Below are positions 34,789 to 42,612 of a stretch of 43,229 nt of DNA, one piece after another. A program made the position numbers and the translations under genes. The notes under the pieces are model-generated. The model was not told the DNA's origin. It made no database searches and saw only the letters and a list, made by a program, of their open reading frames with translations. The stretch is taken from the NCBI GenBank assembly GCA_015064015.1, contig SVTB01000003.1, positions 1-43,229 of the forward strand. Direction: 5' to 3'. Within the stretch, counting starts at the first letter, position 1; each line of letters opens with the position of its first letter. The DNA comes from Oscillospiraceae bacterium (GTDB lineage: Bacteria; Bacillota; Clostridia; Oscillospirales; CAG-272).

Positions 34789-35997
34789 ATGATGAAAAAA
34801 AGCAGATTTTTTCTATTCCTTATGGCTGTTATGTGCGTGGTCACCCTGTTTTCAGGCTGTAATCATCAAAAGCATTCGGGTGGTGCCTCAGAGGAGGATA
34901 TCCTCTTCAACCAAGGTCTTTTGGCGGTGCAAGAGGACAGCGGTGACGGCGAATGGGGATTTGTGAATGCCAAGGGTGAATACGTCATTGAACCTGCCTT
35001 TGACAAAGCTTATAATTTTACCGAAAACGGGCTGGCTCGTGTGAAGAAGGAGGACAAGTGGGGTTATATTAACACCAAGGGAGATTTGGTGATTGATTAC
35101 AGATATGAGCTGGCGTATGATTTCCGTGGAGATTATGCCTATGTCAAAGCCAACGATTTGTACGGCGCAATCAATGAAAAGGGTGAATATTTATTTGTCC
35201 CCCAATACGAATCCTGCTATGCCTTTACGGACTGCGGTCTGGCATTGGTCAAGCATGATGACAAGGCGTTTTTTATCAACAAGCAGGGCAAGAAGGCTTT
35301 TGATCAAACCTTTCAGGACGCAGGTGCTTTTTCGGAGAACGGTTTGGCAAGGGTTAAACTGAATGACCTCTGGGGATTTATCAACACCTCGGGCGAGATG
35401 GTGATCGAACCTCAGTACGACGTGGCTCGTTCCTTTGAAGGGGGCTCTATCGTGGCAGTTCAGAAGGGCGAGTATTGGGGCTATATTGATGCTTCCGGCA
35501 AGGTGGTCTGTGACTTTATTTACGATGCGGCAGGCAGCATCAGTGGCGGCATGGGTCTGGTGAAGAAGGACGGCGCCTTTGGTTACATCAACCAGCAAGG
35601 CGAGGAAGTGATCCCGCCCCGGTATCAATGGAGCAGCGCCATGTCATCCCACGGCGTGACCTGGTTTAAGGTGGGAGAGCTGTACGGTATCATAGATGCC
35701 AAAGGAGAGACCCTGCTACAGCCCACCTATGCAAAAGCCATCAAGTTTTCTGATTTTGGTTTGGCATTGGTACAGGAAGATGGGGGTGACGGAGAATGGG
35801 GGTACGTTGACAGCACCGGTAAAGAAGTCATTGACCCCCAATTCAGCAAGGCAGGTCATTTTTTCGGGGACGGATATGCCATAGTGCAGGTAGGAGATAA
35901 ATACGGCGTGATCAACGCGTCGGGTGAGTATGTTCTCCGTCCCAAATATTACAATATTAATCAGCAAAAGATCAACAATTCTTTTCCTGATGATTAA
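34789..35997 (+). CDS. WG-repeat (WG_beta_rep / KWG) lipoprotein
   Basis: Lipobox FSG-C and about eight repeats of [WY]G[FY]I[ND]..G..VI.P.[FY]..A..F...GLA.V. AAGGAG RBS. Confidence 0.88.
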   Translation: MMKKSRFFLFLMAVMCVVTLFSGCNHQKHSGGASEEDILFNQGLLAVQEDSGDGEWGFVNAKGEYVIEPAFDKAYNFTENGLARVKKEDKWGYINTKGDLVIDYRYELAYDFRGDYAYVKANDLYGAINEKGEYLFVPQYESCYAFTDCGLALVKHDDKAFFINKQGKKAFDQTFQDAGAFSENGLARVKLNDLWGFINTSGEMVIEPQYDVARSFEGGSIVAVQKGEYWGYIDASGKVVCDFIYDAAGSISGGMGLVKKDGAFGYINQQGEEVIPPRYQWSSAMSSHGVTWFKVGELYGIIDAKGETLLQPTYAKAIKFSDFGLALVQEDGGDGEWGYVDSTGKEVIDPQFSKAGHFFGDGYAIVQVGDKYGVINASGEYVLRPKYYNINQQKINNSFPDD

Positions 35998-36023
35998 GGA
36001 ATCCACAGATAAGAGGTAATCTA

Positions 36024-37199
36024 ATGAGTCATATCCAATCCATCGACAAGCAATACGTTGCCAATACCTATAACCGCTTCCCCGTGACCATCGTCTCGGG
36101 CAAGGGCTCTGAGGTCTACGACGACAGCGGCAAGCGTTACATCGACATGGGCTCGGGTATCGGTGTCACCGCTATGGGCATCGCGGACGATGCTTGGGTC
36201 GCCGCCGTGACTGCCCAACTGGGCAAGGTGCAGCATATGTCCAACCTGTACTACACCGAGCCTTGCGCCAAGCTGGCCGAGATGCTCTGCACCCGCACGG
36301 GCATGAGCAAGGTGTTCTTTGCCAACTCGGGTGCCGAGGCCAACGAGTGCGCCATCAAGGTGGCGAGAAAGTACGCCGCCGAGCATAAGGGCGAGGATTG
36401 CTACACCATCGTGACCTTAGAAAAATCCTTCCACGGCCGGACGCTTACCACTTTGGCCGCTACGGGTCAGGATCATTTCCACAAGCTGTTCCGACCCCTG
36501 ACCCCCGGCTTTGTCCACACCCCTGCCAATGATTTCGAGGCATTCAAGACCACCGTGGAGACGGTGGGAGCCGATAAAGTGGCAGGCGTCATGCTGGAGT
36601 GCGTGCAGGGCGAGGGCGGTGTCATCGCGCTGGACAAGGATTTTGTAGTGTCGGTGGCCGCGTATGCCAAGGCAAATGACATCATCCTCATCATTGACGA
36701 GGTGCAGACGGGCAACGGCCGCACGGGCGCGCTGTACGCTTACATGAATTTCGGCATCACCCCCGATGTGGTGTCCACAGCAAAGGGCCTCGGCGGCGGT
36801 CTGCCGCTGGGCGCAACGCTTCTGTCCGAGAAGGTGCAGGACGTGCTGGGCTTTGGTGACCACGGCTCTACCTTCGGCGGCAACCCCATCGCCTGCGCGG
36901 GGGCTGTGTCGGTGATCGAGCGCTTGGATGACACGTTCCTTGCCGAGGTGCGTGAAAAGAGTACCTACGTTTTCTCGGCCTTTGACGGGGCAGAAGGCGT
37001 GGAATCCGTCAGCGGCATGGGGCTCATGATCGGCATCAAGACCGTCAAGCCCGCGGGTGAGGTGCTCAAGGCCTGCATGGAAAAGGGCGTTTTGTGCCTG
37101 ACCGCCAAGGACAAGCTGAGACTTTTGCCAGCCTTAAACATCCCCATGGAAATTTTGAAAGAAGCAGTAGAGGTCATCAAGACCGCTTGCGCGGAGTAA
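36024..37199 (+). CDS. argD: Acetylornithine aminotransferase
   Basis: NSGAEANE, SFHGRT, E.VQGEGGV, DEVQTG.GRTG, AKGLGGG and HGSTFGGNP; located in the arg operon. Confidence 0.93.
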   Translation: MSHIQSIDKQYVANTYNRFPVTIVSGKGSEVYDDSGKRYIDMGSGIGVTAMGIADDAWVAAVTAQLGKVQHMSNLYYTEPCAKLAEMLCTRTGMSKVFFANSGAEANECAIKVARKYAAEHKGEDCYTIVTLEKSFHGRTLTTLAATGQDHFHKLFRPLTPGFVHTPANDFEAFKTTVETVGADKVAGVMLECVQGEGGVIALDKDFVVSVAAYAKANDIILIIDEVQTGNGRTGALYAYMNFGITPDVVSTAKGLGGGLPLGATLLSEKVQDVLGFGDHGSTFGGNPIACAGAVSVIERLDDTFLAEVREKSTYVFSAFDGAEGVESVSGMGLMIGIKTVKPAGEVLKACMEKGVLCLTAKDKLRLLPALNIPMEILKEAVEVIKTACAE

Positions 37200-37204
37200 C
37201 TGAA

Positions 37205-37241
37205 TAGAAAAATCCCACCTGACGAGGGTGGGATTTTTCTA
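37205..37241. terminator. Bidirectional intrinsic terminator
   Basis: 15-bp stem TAGAAAAATCCCACC / GGTGGGATTTTTCTA between convergent genes. Confidence 0.85.
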
Positions 37242-37242
37242 C

Positions 37243-38145
37243 CTATTCTATCCGTATCTGCAGAGTAAAGCTCCAGGCAGATTTTCGAGGAATCTCCGAG
37301 CAATATCCACTCCGTATGGCGCGGTCGGGGGCATCGTAGGGGGCGGTGGCGCACTCGATGGCGATGTTATAGTAATTTTTGAACTCGCCGTTGTTGATCC
37401 ATACGCCGAGGTAGGGCAGGGCAGAGCCGAAGGGGGTGCCGAAATCCATCTCAAAGCGGTGACCCGACGCGGTATAGACCGCACTCACGAAGCCGCCGTC
37501 GGAGGGCTCGTCAAAGTAGTATTTGTAGGCGCGGCCAAGACTCGGCTCATATCCCGACAGGCGGTCAAGGGGGAGACCGTCGGCGGGGGTCGCGCCGAAC
37601 ATATAGGTCACGGGGGTGTCTTTGGGATAGGGGGTGACAATGCGGAGATCGTCCTGTCCGCGGAGCATACAGTGCGCTGCCCAAATGAAGGGGAACGCCT
37701 CGCCGCCGTGGTTTTCGATGGTATAGGTCACGGTGAGACTTCCGTCAGCTTGGGGCGTGATGACCTTCTCATAGGTCAGAGGCAGGATGCGGGAGGCGGC
37801 AGACAGCTTGACACTTCCGCCGTTGATTTGCACTTCATAAGGCAGACGGCAGGTCTCGCCGTGGTCGGGATACGTGATGCCCGCATATTCGCCCTCGGTG
37901 GGGGTGTAAGGATCCACGGTGGGGAACATATCGTCGAAGGAGGCGCACTCGGAGTCTACGTAACTGCCGTCATAAGCAAGCGGCGCGTAGTCGGGCGCGG
38001 GATTCTGACAGAGAAACTCAAAGCCGTCGGCGGCCGTGACGGAGGCCAGCTTGCCGCCGTCCTCGGGGAGAAACAGCGCGGTCATGGCGGGGGTGGTGAC
38101 CGCCAGGGCGGGGCGGGACTTGTAGGTTGTACGGATGATGGACAT
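37243..38145 (-). CDS. Galactose mutarotase / aldose 1-epimerase-like protein
   Basis: P..GGKLAS, FDDMFPT, PDHGE, FIWAAH, YLGVW and IAIE.AT motifs of the mutarotase-like fold. ATG at 38145 with AAGGAGG RBS. Confidence 0.7.
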   Translation of the reverse strand: MSIIRTTYKSRPALAVTTPAMTALFLPEDGGKLASVTAADGFEFLCQNPAPDYAPLAYDGSYVDSECASFDDMFPTVDPYTPTEGEYAGITYPDHGETCRLPYEVQINGGSVKLSAASRILPLTYEKVITPQADGSLTVTYTIENHGGEAFPFIWAAHCMLRGQDDLRIVTPYPKDTPVTYMFGATPADGLPLDRLSGYEPSLGRAYKYYFDEPSDGGFVSAVYTASGHRFEMDFGTPFGSALPYLGVWINNGEFKNYYNIAIECATAPYDAPDRAIRSGYCSEIPRKSAWSFTLQIRIE

Positions 38146-38249
38146 GACGGCCTCCTTTCGGGTGATGTGGTTAGTATAGCATATTTTGGGGAAATTGTCA
38201 ATGCGCGACCTTGCTGATATAAAAAATACAAAAAGTTTCTCAAAACCTC

Positions 38250-38302
38250 TTGACAAGTAAACTTGGCAATGTTATCATATGGTTGACAAGAAAACTTGGC
38301 AA
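38250..38302 (+). promoter_or_regulatory. Promoter with two 20-bp palindromic operators
   Basis: TTGACAAGTAAACTTGGCAA (38250-38269) and TTGACAAGAAAACTTGGCAA (38283-38302). -35 TTGACA (38250), 17 bp, -10 TATCAT (38273-38278). Confidence 0.8.
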
Positions 38303-38314
38303 GGAGGTTTCTGT

Positions 38315-38644
38315 ATGAAGAAAGAAGACATTCTCGAAAAAAGCCGACAGGAAAACCGAGGCGGGGACGAGCGGGAGCGAAAGGTTCGCTTGGATGCGTA
38401 CGGACTGGCACATTTGTTCGGTATTCTGATCTGTTTTGTTACAACCGTATTTGAAGGAATTCGGTATGACGTTTCCTTTTTTAAAACTCCTGGCATGATG
38501 ATCTTATTTGGAACGAACACCGTCCTTCATCTGTTTTGTGCCGTGAAGGTCGGGAAAAAGTATGAATGGTTCGTGGGGATCGCCAGCCTGCTGCTGTTTG
38601 TCGGAGCCGTTTTCCTTTATTTTAGGCATCATTTGGTGGGGTAA
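38315..38644 (+). CDS. Small membrane protein, DUF6442-like
   Basis: MKKEDILEKSRQEN..DERE N-terminus followed by three hydrophobic helices. AAGGAGG RBS. Confidence 0.75.
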   Translation: MKKEDILEKSRQENRGGDERERKVRLDAYGLAHLFGILICFVTTVFEGIRYDVSFFKTPGMMILFGTNTVLHLFCAVKVGKKYEWFVGIASLLLFVGAVFLYFRHHLVG

Positions 38645-38650
38645 CCGCTC

Positions 38651-38863
38651 ATGAATGATACCTTGATCCTGCGCAATCGTCTCAAGGAAGCGCGTGTCGC
38701 CGCCCGTTTGTCTCAAAACGAGCTGGCCGACATGGTGGGCGTGTCCCGCAACACCATCAGCTCCATCGAGACGGGGCAATTCAACCCCACCGCCAAGCTG
38801 GCCTTAGTGCTGTGTATCGCCCTCGATAAAAAATTTGAGGACTTGTTTTATTTTGATGAATAA
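38651..38863 (+). CDS. XRE-family HTH transcriptional regulator
   Basis: NRLKEAR...LSQ.ELA.MVGVSRNTISSIETGQFNPT.KLAL. Confidence 0.93.
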   Translation: MNDTLILRNRLKEARVAARLSQNELADMVGVSRNTISSIETGQFNPTAKLALVLCIALDKKFEDLFYFDE

Positions 38864-38865
38864 AC

Positions 38866-38907
38866 GCAACCCGCAACCGTGGATGTCACAGTTGCGGGTT
38901 TGTTTTA
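38866..38907 (+). terminator. Intrinsic terminator
   Basis: Stem AACCCGCAAC / GTTGCGGGTT followed by TGTTTT. Confidence 0.7.
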
Positions 38908-38955
38908 CCCATACAAATTCTATCGCCGATCAAGACGCTTTTTTGTCCAAACCGC

Positions 38956-38984
38956 TTGACACTTCGACCGATCTATGGTATCAT
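38956..38984 (+). promoter_or_regulatory. SigA promoter
   Basis: TTGACA (38956-38961), 17 bp, TGn-TATCAT (38979-38984). Confidence 0.65.
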
Positions 38985-39076
38985 TATTTTAGATACTCCT
39001 ATGGAGTTCTACATATTTTTATAGTATATTTTGCCGATAACGGCAGGGGATAGATTGACCCCGGGAAGGAGAACTT

Positions 39077-39886
39077 ATGTTACCAATTGCCATCCAACTG
39101 TATTCCGTCAGAGATGAGGCCGCTGCCGATTTCGAAGGTACCCTCAAAGCCATCAAGGCCATGGGCTACGAGGGCGTGGAATTTGCGGGGCTTCACGGCA
39201 AGACCGCCGCAGAGGTCAAGACGCTGTGCGCCGAGATCGGCCTGACCCCCATCTCCGCTCACGTTCCCTACTACGATATGGTCACCGACCCCAAGGGCGT
39301 GCTGTCCGACTATGCCGAAATTGGCTGTGAGTACGTGGCCATCCCTTATCTGACCCCCGAGTGCCGTCCCGGTACCGAGGGCTTTGCCAAAGTGGTGGAG
39401 AATGCCGAGATGCTGGGCAAGGTGGCCAAGGAGTTGGGTATGACTTTGCTCTATCACAACCATGATTTTGAGTTTGAGAAGATCGACGGCAAGTACGCCC
39501 TGGAGGTGCTGTACGATACCGTCCCCGCCGACCTGCTCCAGACCGAGCTGGACACCTGCTGGGTCCGTGTGGGCGGCGAGGAGCCTGCCGCATACGTCCG
39601 TAAGTTCGCAGGCCGCGCCCCCGTGGTGCATCTAAAGGACTATGCGGGCGGCAAGTCCGAGCATATGTATGAGCTGATTGGTATTGAGTCCGAGGACAAG
39701 GCCGTGGAGGAGAATCCCTTCGAGTTCCGTCCCGTGGGCTTTGGCGTGCAGGATATGCCCGCGATCATCAAGGCTGCAGAGGACGCAGGTGCCAAGTGGG
39801 TGGTCGTCGAGCAGGATCAGCCCTCCATGGGCCTTACCCCCATCGAGTGCGCCAAGAAGAGCATTGAATATTTGAAGAGTCTTTGA
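39077..39886 (+). CDS. Xylose-isomerase-like TIM-barrel protein (sugar phosphate isomerase/epimerase family)
   Basis: IQLYSVRD, GYEGVEFAG, YHNHDFEF, ELDTCW, HLKD and VVEQD metal-site motifs. Confidence 0.88.
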   Translation: MLPIAIQLYSVRDEAAADFEGTLKAIKAMGYEGVEFAGLHGKTAAEVKTLCAEIGLTPISAHVPYYDMVTDPKGVLSDYAEIGCEYVAIPYLTPECRPGTEGFAKVVENAEMLGKVAKELGMTLLYHNHDFEFEKIDGKYALEVLYDTVPADLLQTELDTCWVRVGGEEPAAYVRKFAGRAPVVHLKDYAGGKSEHMYELIGIESEDKAVEENPFEFRPVGFGVQDMPAIIKAAEDAGAKWVVVEQDQPSMGLTPIECAKKSIEYLKSL

Positions 39887-39949
39887 GGGGGACGCAAGGG
39901 AGAACCTTCTTGGAAGAAGGTTCTCCCTTGACCCTCTCCAAGAACTCTT
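39887..39949. repeat. Solo hairpin-repeat arm
   Basis: GGGGGACG-CAAGGGAGAACCTTCTT-GG-AAGAAGGTTCTCCCTTG-ACCCTCTCCAAGAACTCTT, with a perfect 17-bp stem. Confidence 0.85.
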
Positions 39950-40038
39950 GGTAAAAAGGGATTGACCAAGAGATCGAAAGCCCAAAGCTTCGTCGCGCAC
40001 CCTGCTTGTTCATTGTAAAATGTAGGGGGAACAAGATT

Positions 40039-40356
40039 ATGAACAAGCTTACCGTGATTTTGAGCATACTTCTTTTGCTTGCCGCTTTAGTTGTAAATTC
40101 ACTGTTTTTCCTTGAGCCTCTGGAAAGTATTCCGTTTTTATCATCCATTATCGCAACGATGCAATATTACACTTTCATCGCTGCGTTATACGCCGCTATA
40201 TACATGGTGCCGCAGATCATATTTGTGGTGGCGCTGGCGGTCATTTTGTGGATGACCTTCCGCTCCCACAAAAAAGGAACTTTGACTCGAAAAACAGCGA
40301 TCGCTATAGGGATATTGAACGGTATTTCATTGGTACTGATGATACCTATACGATAA
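40039..40356 (+). CDS. Small hypothetical membrane protein
   Basis: 105-aa hydrophobic ORF with AGGGGG RBS and visibly AT-richer codons; fills the gap between annotated genes. Confidence 0.55.
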   Translation: MNKLTVILSILLLLAALVVNSLFFLEPLESIPFLSSIIATMQYYTFIAALYAAIYMVPQIIFVVALAVILWMTFRSHKKGTLTRKTAIAIGILNGISLVLMIPIR

Positions 40357-40407
40357 TTATTCCTCCCATTGCTTTTACTTGATTTTCAATGTTTAAAGGA
40401 GCCGCCT

Positions 40408-42468
40408 ATGAAACACATCCGCCTCCTATCCATCCTCGCCCTGTGCCTCTTTGCCTGCCTTTTGATTGCCTGCAACAGCGGCGGTACCGAGGATTCCACA
40501 ACTCCCTCCGAGACCGATCCTTCGGCGGTGACCGACGTGCCCACAGAACCGCCCGCCGAGACCGAAAGTGAAGCGGTGACCCATGCCGATGACTACCACA
40601 CACATTCCGGCCCCGGATATCAGTGCGGTTGCGGTGCGTGGGTAACCGAACGCGAGACCCTTCCCCCCGGCGAGGAGGAGATCACCATGGGACGACAAGC
40701 TACCATTCCCGTCATCGTAGACGGCAAGACGGATTATACCGTAATAGCTTCTGCGGTATTGCAGGAGCAGAACACCGAAGATCTTACCTACCTTTTCTCG
40801 GTCATGGACGCAAAATACGGTGCCCACCCCGAGGTTGGCACAGAGGGAACAAAGACCATCAGCCTTGTTCTGAATAATGCCATGGACGCTTTGGATTATC
40901 AGGTGAGAGTCATTGGGGACACCAAGATGATCGAGCTGTTTGCCGGCAGTCCCGAGGCCATGTCCCGCGCCATTCGCTATTTCGTGACCCAATACTGCGG
41001 CTACTCCGACGGCGATCTTTTGGTTCCCGTGGAGAATTACACCTACACCTACGCCGAGGCTCAGATCGACAACAGCCACTTCCTCTCCTATGAGGGCGGC
41101 GACAAGACGGTGCTGGCACCCTCGGATAAGGACGGCACTCTCATGACGCCCGCTTGGCTGGATACCGCTGTCATGGTAGAGCTTCGCATCGACATGGCCT
41201 CTATCGGCGGTGCTTTTAAGGATTCCTACGATCTCATTGATTTCTACGCCGCCACTGGTGTCAATGTCCTGTGGCTGTCTCCCATATACGAGCGAGGCGC
41301 GGGTGGTAACGGATACGGCAATATCGGTCTCCACCGCATCGAGCCTGCGCTTACGGGTACCACCGATCAAGCAGAGGGCTGGAACGAGCTGAAAAAGTTT
41401 GTGGATTATGCCCACTCCAAGGGTGTGTATATCCTGTTGGATATCATTTCTTGGGGTACGATGTACGCTTCTCCCTTGCTTGAAGAGCATCCCGAGTGGT
41501 ATGACGGCGAGGCTTGGGGCAACGCCGCCTTCAACTGGAAAAATGAGGAATTTCGCGAATGGTTCATATCCAATGCAGTGGAAAATCTCAAAAAGACGGG
41601 CGCTGACGGCTACCGCTGTGACTGTGAGCCCTTTACCGCGGGTTACGAGGTCTTTGAGGCTATCCGCACCCGTTGCAACGACCAAGGCCTTTATCCCGTG
41701 ATCATGGCCGAGGCCGAAGCCGACAGAAAGAATGTCTTTGATATGGAGCAGGACGGGGTGATCGACATGGATCGAGGCACTCTGTATCAGCACCCCGTCA
41801 ATTTCTTTGTGGATGGACACTTGAGCATAGTTTCAGATACCCTGCGCGGCAAAGGCGTATTCAAGCGTGGCGCTTTTCGCTATTATACCAACTGCATTAC
41901 CAACCATGACTACCAGGAGAGAAACGTCAACGGCAACCGTTTGAAGATTGGCTATGCTGCTATCTATGCCCCTTATATTCCCCTGTGGTACATGGGTGAC
42001 GAGTTCGGTGTGACCATGCCCTATCGCGCGGTGCTGTACGATATCGCCGTGGACTACGGTTCCGTGGGAAGCAACGCCGAGCAGACCTACTTCTACGAGG
42101 ATGTGAAGCAAATGATTGCCATACGTCGCACCTATCCTGAAATCTTTGAATACTACCCCTTGTCCCACAAGCAGACAAACATCTGCGAGGTGGCGGTAGA
42201 CGGTCTTACCTCTCTCGAAAACTACGCTCGCTACGCTGACAACAAAATGGTTATCGTGCTGGCCAACAACGAGGAGGGAAACAATGGTGTTTGTACCGTC
42301 AAGATCCCCTTCGAGGACGGCTTTGCCACGGCCTACAAGAATTATAAGGTTACCGATCTTTTGACGGGGCGCGTTATTGCGATGGGTCATGCTGACCGTG
42401 TGGACGATTTCTCTGCTGTTGTACCGTATCAGTACTGTGGTGTGTACCTTGTGGAAGGAATTGAATAA
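40408..42468 (+). CDS. Lipoprotein with atypical GH13 (alpha-amylase-fold) catalytic domain
   Basis: Lipobox LIA-C, T/E/P linker, GVNVLWLSPI, AHSKGVYILLD, DGYRCD (nucleophile), MAE (acid/base), NHD, IPLWYMGDE and a C-terminal beta domain. Confidence 0.8.
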   Translation: MKHIRLLSILALCLFACLLIACNSGGTEDSTTPSETDPSAVTDVPTEPPAETESEAVTHADDYHTHSGPGYQCGCGAWVTERETLPPGEEEITMGRQATIPVIVDGKTDYTVIASAVLQEQNTEDLTYLFSVMDAKYGAHPEVGTEGTKTISLVLNNAMDALDYQVRVIGDTKMIELFAGSPEAMSRAIRYFVTQYCGYSDGDLLVPVENYTYTYAEAQIDNSHFLSYEGGDKTVLAPSDKDGTLMTPAWLDTAVMVELRIDMASIGGAFKDSYDLIDFYAATGVNVLWLSPIYERGAGGNGYGNIGLHRIEPALTGTTDQAEGWNELKKFVDYAHSKGVYILLDIISWGTMYASPLLEEHPEWYDGEAWGNAAFNWKNEEFREWFISNAVENLKKTGADGYRCDCEPFTAGYEVFEAIRTRCNDQGLYPVIMAEAEADRKNVFDMEQDGVIDMDRGTLYQHPVNFFVDGHLSIVSDTLRGKGVFKRGAFRYYTNCITNHDYQERNVNGNRLKIGYAAIYAPYIPLWYMGDEFGVTMPYRAVLYDIAVDYGSVGSNAEQTYFYEDVKQMIAIRRTYPEIFEYYPLSHKQTNICEVAVDGLTSLENYARYADNKMVIVLANNEEGNNGVCTVKIPFEDGFATAYKNYKVTDLLTGRVIAMGHADRVDDFSAVVPYQYCGVYLVEGIE

Positions 42469-42612
42469 AAAAGTCAGTTGTTAACCGTCTGTTCACACGC
42501 GGTTTTCAATGAACACAAAAATATAGGATATAATACCCATAACTGCATATATCCAATGCAGAATCTTAAACAAAGTCAACAAAAATCTCAAATACAAAGG
42601 AGACTTACAACC

